Below are positions 41,627 through 49,595 of a stretch of 64,000 bases of DNA, piece by piece. Source of the DNA: Candidatus Eiseniibacteriota bacterium (GTDB lineage: Bacteria > Eisenbacteria > RBG-16-71-46 > JABDJR01); assembly GCA_963783375.1 (NCBI GenBank), contig CAWANH010000029.1, positions 288,001 through 352,000 of the forward strand. Reading direction: 5' to 3'. The notes below the pieces were generated by a model, which did no database searches, was not told the DNA's origin, and saw only the letters and a list, made by a program, of their open reading frames with translations. A program made the position numbers and the translations under genes. Every line of letters starts with the position of its first letter. The first letter of the stretch is position 1.

Positions 41627-41678
41627 ATAATAGATATAATTAAAGTGCATAATAAGATATAATAACTTCATAGTGCAT
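41627..41678. repeat. AT-rich imperfect direct repeat (ATAATA(A)GATATAAT...AGTGCAT x2)
   Basis: Directly visible; extreme AT island in a GC-rich background. Confidence 0.75.
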
Positions 41679-41897
41679 CCACCCGGCTCCACCTGAGGCG
41701 TTTCCGGGGCGTTCTTCCGAATCCCATTCCGCGGGAAACGTCGAGGCCCCGGAACCCCCGGGTCGTGCGAATCCGGCCCCCGGAGCGTGCAGCCTGCACG
41801 TGGGTGCGGCGAATGCCCCAGCCTTCGACCCATCCGCGCCCTCCTCAAGACGTCGCACCTCAATCCGATAGAAGCCCTTCGCCTCCGCCGCCGGCTC

Positions 41898-41913
41898 TGG
41901 CTCGGCTCTTGCT
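41898..41913 (+). promoter_or_regulatory. sigma54 (-24/-12) promoter TGGCTCG-GCTC-TTGCT
   Basis: One mismatch to TGGCACG-N4-TTGCW, exact spacing; strong RBS ~40 nt downstream. Confidence 0.75.
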
Positions 41914-41965
41914 CAAACCTCTGGGAGGACACGAAAAGCACGAACGGACTGAGGAGGAGGGGACC

Positions 41966-44074
41966 ATTCGCACCTGCACCGCCCTGCACCCCGGAATCAA
42001 GGTCTCGACGGCATTGCGCCTTCTGGCCGCGCTCCTCCTTACGGGGGCGTTCTCCGACGTCGCCCGCGCGCAGGTCGTGGACGATCCGCGAGGGCGCGTG
42101 CGCCTGCTCTGGACCGCGCCGGAGCCGGGAGCGGTGTCCGGCCCCGCAGTGAGCTACGCGCTCCGGACCGCCACCACCCCCCCCGGGAGCGATCTCGACG
42201 CGTGGTGGGCCGCCGCCTCCCCTCGCGTCGGCCTTCCCGCTCCCGCCGCTCCGGGAACGCCCCAGAGCTATCAGCTCACCGGCCTTACCCCCGGGGTGAC
42301 GGTGTACGCGGCGCTCAGGGCCGCCGACGCCGGAGGGCTTCTGTCGGGTCCGATCGTGGTGACCTCCTGGACGCCCTCGGAGACCCCGATCCTTCAGGGT
42401 GTTTCGCCGACCCGGGTGAGCGCGGCCGGCCCTCGGGAATTCCTGATCCGCGGGCTGGGTCTCGGCGAGGTGACCGAGGTGACTTTCCGGTCGGAAGGCG
42501 GGGGAGCGGTCTCGGTCACCCCGGTTGGGCTCGATGCCGACGGAGCGCTCCGGGTGGACGCGGATCTCGCCCCCCTGGGAAACGGCCGGGTCACGGTGGA
42601 CGCGCTGGACCCGGAGGTGGCGGATCATCTCTACGGATGGATCGAGGTCGATCTGGGGGCGGTCCTGGATAGCGATCCGCCGGATCCGGTCTCCGACCTC
42701 AGCGCGACCCTGACCGACCTGGGGAGCATCCGACTCGCCTGGACCGCGCCGGCGGATCCCACCCCTTCGGGGCCGGGTTCCGCGGTCCACTACGAGATAC
42801 GGCGCGTCGCCGGCCCGGCGGGTTCATTCAGCTGGGACAGCGGCGCGGTGACCGCGGCCGGGGACCCCGGTGCGGCCGGCTCCCCCAACGTCACCGCGGT
42901 GGGCGGACTCCCCGCGGGATCGACGCAGACCTTTGCGGTACGGACCGCCGACGCGGCGGGAAACCTGTCGCCGCTGTCCAACCTGGCCACCGTCACCCTG
43001 CCCGCGGCGGACACGCTACCGCCCGCTCCGGTGAGCGACCTGAGCGCCGATGTGCTGGGGCCGAAGAGCGTTCGACTCACCTGGACCGCGCCCGCGGACT
43101 CGACCCTGACCGGCACCGCGGCGGTGGCGGTCTACGATCTCCGGCGCCTGGGCGGCGGCCCCGGGGCCTGGTCCTACGCTTCCGGAACCCCGGTGGGGAC
43201 CGATCCTCCCGGGGCTCCCGGCACCCCGCAGTCGCTGCTGGTCGAGGATCTTCCCGCCGGCAGCGCCCAGGCCTTCGCGCTGACCAGCGTGGACCGGGTC
43301 GGGAACACCTCCGCGCTCTCGAACCGGGTCGAGGTGTTGCTCCCGGTTCCGCCGGATAGCACCGCGCCGGCGCCGGTCGCCGATCTCGACGCCGCCCTCC
43401 AACCCGACGGGGGAGCGCTCCTCACCTGGACCGCGCCGGACGACGACCGGGGCGCCTCCTCGGTTTACCTGTTCTACCGGTGGGACGGGGAAGTTTCCGC
43501 GCTCAGCCTCGATGCTGCGACCCCATTGACCGGGGCTCCGACCCCGGCCGAGCCGGGGAGCGCCGAGAGCTGGACCGTCGGGCCGGTGGCGGCGGGGGCC
43601 TCGGCGACCTTCGCCCTCTGCTCGGCGGACGCCGCCGGGAACACCTCGCCCCTCTCCAACCGGGTCACCGTGGACCGGACTGGGGAAGACGTCGTTCCTC
43701 CTGCCGCTCCGGCCGATTTCAGCGCCTCCCCCTTCGGCGGATCCTCGATCCAGCTCCGATGGCTGGCTCCCGGCGACGACGGGATGGCCGGCCGGGCGGA
43801 TCATTACGAGCTCCGACAGGCGGCGAACCCCGATCCCGCCAGCCCGTGGTGGGATGGGGCAACCGGGACGGTGCTCAAGGGGGCGCCGAAGTGGCCGGGC
43901 AAGCAGGAGTTCACCAATCTGAGCGGGCTCGATGGAAAGGTGGCTCAAGGCTTCGCCCTGAGGGCGGTCGACGAGGCCGGGCAGGCATCGCCCTGGGTGG
44001 TGGCCGTCCTCGAGGCTTCCGCCGCCGGCGGCCGGAAGTCGGCCGCGTCGCCCCCCCGCCCCCCGACACCCTGA
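41966..44074 (+). CDS. secreted fibronectin type III repeat protein, N-terminal part (frameshifted at ~44051-44064)
   Basis: Signal peptide ending ARA-Q; five L.W(T/L)AP...Y...A...D..G FN3 repeats; start ATT 41966 or TTG 42014. Confidence 0.75.
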   Translation: MRTCTALHPGIKVSTALRLLAALLLTGAFSDVARAQVVDDPRGRVRLLWTAPEPGAVSGPAVSYALRTATTPPGSDLDAWWAAASPRVGLPAPAAPGTPQSYQLTGLTPGVTVYAALRAADAGGLLSGPIVVTSWTPSETPILQGVSPTRVSAAGPREFLIRGLGLGEVTEVTFRSEGGGAVSVTPVGLDADGALRVDADLAPLGNGRVTVDALDPEVADHLYGWIEVDLGAVLDSDPPDPVSDLSATLTDLGSIRLAWTAPADPTPSGPGSAVHYEIRRVAGPAGSFSWDSGAVTAAGDPGAAGSPNVTAVGGLPAGSTQTFAVRTADAAGNLSPLSNLATVTLPAADTLPPAPVSDLSADVLGPKSVRLTWTAPADSTLTGTAAVAVYDLRRLGGGPGAWSYASGTPVGTDPPGAPGTPQSLLVEDLPAGSAQAFALTSVDRVGNTSALSNRVEVLLPVPPDSTAPAPVADLDAALQPDGGALLTWTAPDDDRGASSVYLFYRWDGEVSALSLDAATPLTGAPTPAEPGSAESWTVGPVAAGASATFALCSADAAGNTSPLSNRVTVDRTGEDVVPPAAPADFSASPFGGSSIQLRWLAPGDDGMAGRADHYELRQAANPDPASPWWDGATGTVLKGAPKWPGKQEFTNLSGLDGKVAQGFALRAVDEAGQASPWVVAVLEASAAGGRKSAASPPRPPTP

Positions 44075-44598
44075 GCGCCAGCATTGAACCGGGCGGGATC
44101 CGCCTGGCCTGGAGCCCGGTGGCCGCTCCCGAAGCCTACTGCTACCGGGTATATCGCCTGCTCGAGGGCGAGAAGCCGGCCCTGGTGGCTACCGTGGACA
44201 TTTCCGACCGCGCCTGGCTCGACACGGTCGCGGGATCGGGATGCTTGCGCTACGCGGTTTCCACCATGGACGCCGACGGAAACGAATCGCGCCTGGGGGC
44301 GTGGGTGGAGATCGTGGCCTCCCCGCCCGCGCGGGTCACCCCCGACGGCGCGGGCTGGCGGCTCTCCCTTCCCGACATCCCGGCATCCCCGGCAAGCGGG
44401 GTGAGCCCGCGGATGGCGGTGTTCGACGTGCTGGGCCGCCTGGTGGCCGAGATGGAGCCGGTCCGGTCCGGCGCCGCCTGGGAGGCCCGATGGGACGGGC
44501 GGTCGCGAAACGGGGTTCCGGTGGCTTCCGGGATCTTCTTCGCGCGGATCGTCCAGGCGGACCGGATTTCCGTTCGGAAGATCCTGGTCAGCCGGTAG
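44050..44598 (+). CDS. C-terminal continuation: FN3 repeat + FlgD-Ig/T9SS-type C-terminal domain (other frame)
   Basis: PPPPDTLSAS..IRLAW..YRVYR...DADGNES; AVFDVLGRLV...WDGRSRNGVPVASGIFFARI..RKILVSR. Confidence 0.75.
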   Translation, partial: APPPPDTLSASIEPGGIRLAWSPVAAPEAYCYRVYRLLEGEKPALVATVDISDRAWLDTVAGSGCLRYAVSTMDADGNESRLGAWVEIVASPPARVTPDGAGWRLSLPDIPASPASGVSPRMAVFDVLGRLVAEMEPVRSGAAWEARWDGRSRNGVPVASGIFFARIVQADRISVRKILVSR

Positions 44599-44644
44599 CC
44601 CCCGGTCGCGGGGCGACGGCGCGAGGAGGCGCTCTCCCCGGCTG

Positions 44645-44653
44645 TGGTAGACT
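44645..44653 (+). promoter_or_regulatory. possible extended -10 promoter (TGgTAGACT) for the exosortase operon
   Basis: TGn-TAGACT in the intergenic region ~45 nt before the probable start. Confidence 0.4.
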
Positions 44654-44700
44654 CTGCACCTCCGTCCGGGGCGCAGGGAACGTCAACCGGGAGGCTTGAT

Positions 44701-45537
44701 CTGAAGAGCGGCCACTCGCCGTGGATCTGGACCGGGATAGTGACCGTGATCCTGATCGCGGTCTACGCGCCGGTCACCGCAGAGCTCGCGCGTGACTGGA
44801 TCCGCGACCCCAACTACAGTCATGGGTTCCTCATCCCCGTGATCTCGGCTTTCCTGGTCTGGCAGGGCCGGCACAAGCTCGTTGCCGTCCCCGCCCGGCC
44901 TTCCTGGTGGGGGATGGTGGGACTCCTGCTCGCCGCGGCGCTCCTGGTCCTGGGGGCGGCGGGGGCCGAGGTGTTCACCCAGCGGGTGAGCCTCGTTCTC
45001 TCCTTGGCGTCGCTCATCCTTCTTCTCGGAGGGTGGCGGCGACTTCGGCTCACCGGGTTTTCCATCGCGTTCCTCCTCTTTGCCATCCCCCTTCCCTACG
45101 TGATCTATTACGACCTCACCGCGCCCATGCAGGCCCTGGCCGCCCACAACGCCATAGCCGGCCTGAACGGGTTGGGCATCCCCGCGGTGGCGGAGGGGAA
45201 CATCATCCACCTGCCGGGGGCGACCCTGGAGGTGGCCGAGGCGTGCAGCGGCATCCGCTCCCTCTACGCCTTTCTCGCCCTCGGGGCCCTGCTCGCCCGC
45301 ACCCTGCCGCTCCCCTGGTGGGGACGGGTCGCGGTGTTTCTCCTCACCATCCCGTTGAGCGTGGTGGGGAACGCGGTCCGGGTGTGGGGAAGCGGCGTGG
45401 CCGCGTATGTGGGGGGACCGTCGACCGCCGAGGGCGTTCCCCATGAGATCATGGGGTTGGTGATCTTCGCCGTGGCTCTCGGGGTGCTGTATCTGATCGG
45501 AAAGGGGGCGCGCAGGTTATGGCCATCCGGACGTTGA
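44701..45537 (+). CDS. xrt: exosortase (EpsH/Xrt family transpeptidase)
   Basis: W..DPNYSHGFLIP, FAIPLP, EGNII.L, LEVAEACSGIRSL (Cys), NAVRV (Arg), PHEIMG (His); start uncertain. Confidence 0.93.
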   Translation: MKSGHSPWIWTGIVTVILIAVYAPVTAELARDWIRDPNYSHGFLIPVISAFLVWQGRHKLVAVPARPSWWGMVGLLLAAALLVLGAAGAEVFTQRVSLVLSLASLILLLGGWRRLRLTGFSIAFLLFAIPLPYVIYYDLTAPMQALAAHNAIAGLNGLGIPAVAEGNIIHLPGATLEVAEACSGIRSLYAFLALGALLARTLPLPWWGRVAVFLLTIPLSVVGNAVRVWGSGVAAYVGGPSTAEGVPHEIMGLVIFAVALGVLYLIGKGARRLWPSGR

Positions 45538-46145
45538 TCGCGGTGCTCATCCTGGCCGCCGCCGGGGCCTACGCGCGCGACCTCGGAGGCCATAGGGTCC
45601 AGGCGCTCACCGTCCCCGACCTGGCTGCGGTCCCCCTGGAGATCGACGGCTGGGTGGGGGAGGACTTCCGGATGTCCGACTCGGTAGCCGAGGTGCTGGG
45701 GGCCGATGCCTACGTGCTCCGGCTTTACCGGGGCCCCGGCGACGCCTCGGTCTGGTTCTTCCTCGCCTATTTCAAGCAACAGCAGGTGGGCTCCCAGATC
45801 CACTCCCCGAGAAACTGTCTCCCGGGAAGCGGATGGACGGTGCTCTCCCTCCGTCACAACCAAGTGGATCTCGGCGGCCGGCCCCAGCCGGTCCAGCGCA
45901 TGCTCATCGAGCGGCACGACGAGAAAGAGGAGATGCTCTACTGGTTCCGGACCCGGAGCGGCACGGTGACCGGGGAGTACGCGCTCAAATGGGACCTGGT
46001 GCGAAACTCCCTCCTCGGCCGCCCCACCGATGCCGCGTTCCTGCGCTTCAACGCGCCGGTGGCGGACGCGGGAGCCATGCGCTCCTTCATGGCCGCGATG
46101 GAAGGACCCGTGGACCGCGTGCTGGGAGGGGCGGGGCTCCGGTGA
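45519..46145 (+). CDS. epsI: EpsI family exosortase-associated protein
   Basis: P.EIDGWVG, VLGADAYVLRLY, LAYF..Q..IHSPRNCLPGSGW, YWF, PTDAAFLR. Confidence 0.9.
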   Translation: MAIRTLIAVLILAAAGAYARDLGGHRVQALTVPDLAAVPLEIDGWVGEDFRMSDSVAEVLGADAYVLRLYRGPGDASVWFFLAYFKQQQVGSQIHSPRNCLPGSGWTVLSLRHNQVDLGGRPQPVQRMLIERHDEKEEMLYWFRTRSGTVTGEYALKWDLVRNSLLGRPTDAAFLRFNAPVADAGAMRSFMAAMEGPVDRVLGGAGLR

Positions 46146-47011
46146 GTCACGCAGCGTTCTCCACCGACGTGGAGGACTACTTCCAGGCCGAGGCCCTGCG
46201 CGCCCACTGCCCCCGAGAGCTCTGGCCCCGGCTCGAGGACCGGACCGTGGCCAACGTGGACCGCGTCCTGGGGATTCTGGATCGGAACGGCGCGAAGGGG
46301 ACCTTCTTCGTGCTGGGCTGGACGGCGGAGCGCCATCCCGGGATGGTGCGGAGGATCGCCGCCCTGGGGCACGAGATCGCCTCCCACGGCTATGCTCACG
46401 AGCTCATCACCCGCCAGGATCCCTCGAGCTTCCGGGAGGACGTGCGGCGAGCCCGGGGGGTGCTCCAGGGTCTGACCGGGCAAGCCGTTCTCGGCTACCG
46501 TGCGCCCTCATACACCGTGGTGGAGCGCACCCGGTGGGCGCTTCCGATCCTCGCCGAAGAGGGGCACGCCTACGACTCGAGCATCTTTCCCATCCGGCGT
46601 CGACGCTACGGGATTCCCGGGGCGCCACGCTGGCCGCACCGCCTGAACCTTCCCGGGGGGAGGACCCTGATCGAGTTTCCGCTTCCCACCGTGAGGTTCC
46701 TGGGGGTCAACGTCCCCGCCACCGGCGGAGCCTATCTGAGGTTGCTCCCGTTCGGGTTCCAGCGGTGGGCGGTGGGGGGGCTGATTCGCCGGAGCCGCCC
46801 CCTGGTGGTCAACGTCCACCCCTGGGAGCTCGATCCCGGCCAGCCCCGCCTCCCGGTGGGGGTCCGGACCCGCCTGACCCACTACACCAACCTGCACCGG
46901 GCGGAGGAGCGGCTGGTCCATCTCCTCTCCCTCGGGCGGTTCCGGTCCCAGGGTGACGTGCTCCAGGGCCTGAACCTCCTTCCGACGTCGGTCGGGGGGA
47001 GCCGGACGTAG
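46142..47011 (+). CDS. polysaccharide deacetylase, exosortase-locus (DUF3473) type
   Basis: STDVEDYFQ, TFFVLGW, HEIASHGYAH, GYRAPSY, YDSSIFP, GGAYLRLLP, HPWELDPGQP. Confidence 0.93.
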   Translation: MSHAAFSTDVEDYFQAEALRAHCPRELWPRLEDRTVANVDRVLGILDRNGAKGTFFVLGWTAERHPGMVRRIAALGHEIASHGYAHELITRQDPSSFREDVRRARGVLQGLTGQAVLGYRAPSYTVVERTRWALPILAEEGHAYDSSIFPIRRRRYGIPGAPRWPHRLNLPGGRTLIEFPLPTVRFLGVNVPATGGAYLRLLPFGFQRWAVGGLIRRSRPLVVNVHPWELDPGQPRLPVGVRTRLTHYTNLHRAEERLVHLLSLGRFRSQGDVLQGLNLLPTSVGGSRT

Positions 47012-47108
47012 AAATCAGTCAGAATACCTTTCCGACGTCCGATCTTCTTTACGGGTCCTGATGTGATTTTCCAATGACCTGATCGACTGTGTCGGGATTC
47101 CTTCCGGA

Positions 47109-47136
47109 TTGACTTTCACCTGTCGAATGATAGACT
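47109..47136 (+). promoter_or_regulatory. sigma70 promoter TTGACT-N16-TAGACT (with extended TG)
   Basis: Near-consensus, in the AT-richer intergenic region before the prsK/prsR cassette. Confidence 0.6.
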
Positions 47137-47235
47137 CTTAGGGCCTCAGCAAATGGCAATCCTGCCAACGGAGAAGCCGCGACTGTCGGGAAACGCATCG
47201 GTTCGGGCGGGGAACCGCGGAGGTTCAAGGACGGA

Positions 47236-48066
47236 ATGACAGTTTTCCGATCTCTGGCCATGGCCGGATGGGCCCTGCAGGGAACGCTGCGCCAGGCGGC
47301 CAAACCCTCGATCTGGCTCCCCTTCCTGGTCATCACCCTGTTTCAACTCCTCGGGCTCGAGGCCATCCTGTCCTTCTACCGGCCGGGCCTGTCCGTCGTC
47401 GTTCTTCCCCTGGTCCGGGGAGTGGGAGGGGACGCGGCCACCCACTACCCGACGTTCTTCGCCGCTCTCCCCACGATCTTCGCCCGCTTGGACCTGATCC
47501 TGGGGGTGGTCGTGGCCTCGCTGGCCACCGGCGCGGCAACCGTACTGTTCGCCCGCGCCTTCGGCGAGGTGGCGCCCAGGGCCTGGTCCACCGCAGCCCG
47601 GCGATACCTGCCCCTGGCGGGTATCGCGCTGCTTTCCGCTCTCCTGAGCCTGGTGATCTTCTTGCTCGGCGGGCACTTCATCCAGGAGGTGGTGGCCGAT
47701 CGCCTGCTTCGCTGGCTGGTCCGGTTCGGGGTGATGCTGACCTTCATCGTGGCCGAGAGCTTTCTCATCTACGCCTCGGTGGCCATCGTGCTCGACGGTC
47801 GGGGATTCCTCGGCTCCATCCGCGACTCGGTCCGAATGGCCGCGAAGATCCTCCTCCCCACGATCGTGGTGGTGGGGATCCCGGTCATCCTGGCCTACCC
47901 GCTCGACTACCTGGCCGGACGCTCGGATCTCTTCCTCACCAAGTTTCGTCCCGAACTGGTGACCGGCGTCCTGTTGGCCAAGATCGTCGCGGAGCTGGTC
48001 CTGGGGTTCCTCCTGGTGGGGGCGATCACCCGTCTCTACGTGTGGCGGCGCCGGGAGGGAGCATGA
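47236..48066 (+). CDS. hypothetical polytopic membrane protein (~6 TM)
   Basis: Hydrophobic ORF with HYP motif, ATGA-coupled to the next gene. Confidence 0.7.
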   Translation: MTVFRSLAMAGWALQGTLRQAAKPSIWLPFLVITLFQLLGLEAILSFYRPGLSVVVLPLVRGVGGDAATHYPTFFAALPTIFARLDLILGVVVASLATGAATVLFARAFGEVAPRAWSTAARRYLPLAGIALLSALLSLVIFLLGGHFIQEVVADRLLRWLVRFGVMLTFIVAESFLIYASVAIVLDGRGFLGSIRDSVRMAAKILLPTIVVVGIPVILAYPLDYLAGRSDLFLTKFRPELVTGVLLAKIVAELVLGFLLVGAITRLYVWRRREGA

Positions 48067-49595
48067 AGCGGACCCTGATCCTCCTCGCCGCGATCCTGGT
48101 GATGGTCTCCGGCTGCGCCCCGGCCTCGGGAATCGGGGAGCGGTTCGAGGCCGAGCGCTCTCTCTGGCGGCTGAACCGCGAGTGGCAGCGGCTCTCCATC
48201 CGCCCGGATCTGGTGGAGGACTCCCAGCGCGTGGCCGTGGCCCGGGAGTACGAGGACCTGGCCGCTCGCCTCGGTTCGACGGCCGCACCCGCCGACACCG
48301 GAGAGGCAGGACGCGCCGCGGCCGGGATCCGTGCCATCGCGGCCAGGGCCGCCCTCACCGCGGGACAGATCCACGAGGGGATGCACGACATCGCCGCCGC
48401 GGACAGCCTTTACGCCGAGGCGGAGACCCGGTTCACCGATCTGCCGCGGATGGCCGCCGAGGGGGCCATGAGCCGCGGATTGCTGGCCGAGCGTCTCAAG
48501 CGTCCCGTCGAGGCCGCGGACCACTACCAGAAGGTGGTGGATCTCCTGGGCCCCGCTCCGGCGTCTGGAGGGTCCGCGATCAATGTGATGGACCTTCCGC
48601 TTCGGATCGCCCGGCTCCGGGCCGCGGCCGCCGGCGATACCAGCGCCGTCTCCCGGGCGCCGTTCTATGCCCGGGCCCGGGCCTGGTACGAGGACGCGCT
48701 GCGCGACCATCCCGGCACCCCGGTGAGCCTCAGGGCGCGATCCCACCTGGTCGACCTGGCCACGGACCTCGGGGATTGGTCGGCCGCCGCCCGGCAGCTC
48801 CGAAGCCTGGAGCGGGAGGGGAAGGCCATGGATCCCCCTCTGGCCGACCCCGGCGAGATCCGCTTTGCCCTGGCGACGGTGGAACGGAACCGCGGCGCCC
48901 CCGATTCCAGCGAGGCGGTCCTCAGATCCCTGGTCCGCGATGCTCCCAAGAGCCGCTATGCCCCGCAGGCGCTTCTCGCCCTGGCCTCCCTGGCCCAGGC
49001 CGGCGGCCGTTCCGAACAAGCCCTCGCCGATCTGGATCGCCTGAGTCGCGACTATCCGGACGCCGAAGACGAGGTGGCGGGCGCCCTTCTGGCCAAGGCC
49101 CGGATCCTGGAACACCTCAACCGCTGGCCGGAGGCGCAGGAGATCCTGAAGGCGCTTCCCGTCGGCCATCCGCTCACCGAGAGCGCCCTCGCCGCCCCCA
49201 AGGCCATCGTCGACCACTATGCCCGGGTGGGGGACGCCGAGGCGCGTGGCCAGGCGTTGGAGCGGGCGGAGGCGGCCTACCGGGCCTTCCTGGAGCGCTA
49301 CCCCACCAACGCTCTCAGCGCGAACGCCGAGGCCGGGCTGGCCGACATTCTGGTCATGGAGAAGCGATACCGCGACGCGGTGGATCGGCTGGCCGGATTG
49401 GCCCGGGACCGGCGCGGGACCCAGGTCGGGGTGAGCGCGCTCCTGCGTGCCGCGGACCTGGCCTACTATCAGCTCGCCGACACCACGCGGGCCATCAGCC
49501 TCCTCGAGCAGGGAGGGAACTGGTACCAGGGGACCGAGTTCGGTCGGCGGATCGCCGACGTGGCCGCCAAGCTTCGCGGAAGGGCCGGGCGGTGA
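48063..49595 (+). CDS. TPR-repeat lipoprotein (PrsT-like position)
   Basis: Lipobox VSGC; repeated helical hairpins (RDHPGT, RDAPKS, RDYPD, ERYPTN). Confidence 0.8.
   Translation: MKRTLILLAAILVMVSGCAPASGIGERFEAERSLWRLNREWQRLSIRPDLVEDSQRVAVAREYEDLAARLGSTAAPADTGEAGRAAAGIRAIAARAALTAGQIHEGMHDIAAADSLYAEAETRFTDLPRMAAEGAMSRGLLAERLKRPVEAADHYQKVVDLLGPAPASGGSAINVMDLPLRIARLRAAAAGDTSAVSRAPFYARARAWYEDALRDHPGTPVSLRARSHLVDLATDLGDWSAAARQLRSLEREGKAMDPPLADPGEIRFALATVERNRGAPDSSEAVLRSLVRDAPKSRYAPQALLALASLAQAGGRSEQALADLDRLSRDYPDAEDEVAGALLAKARILEHLNRWPEAQEILKALPVGHPLTESALAAPKAIVDHYARVGDAEARGQALERAEAAYRAFLERYPTNALSANAEAGLADILVMEKRYRDAVDRLAGLARDRRGTQVGVSALLRAADLAYYQLADTTRAISLLEQGGNWYQGTEFGRRIADVAAKLRGRAGR

Noticed and set aside
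41765-41965. N-terminal extension from the ORF track (similar cases at 7922-8215, 8117-8227, 20228-20398)
   Set aside because: The extensions overlap promoter elements and lack family similarity; downstream starts fit the RBS or family N-terminus better.
42100-43800. Recurrent CTGGACCGCGCCG sequences as CRISPR or mobile repeats
   Set aside because: They encode the WTAP motif of FN3 repeats, spaced hundreds of nt apart within a CDS.
47154-47167. TGGCA-ATCC-TGCCA palindrome as a sigma54 promoter
   Set aside because: Wrong -24/-12 spacing on both strands. It could be an operator, but nothing else supports that.
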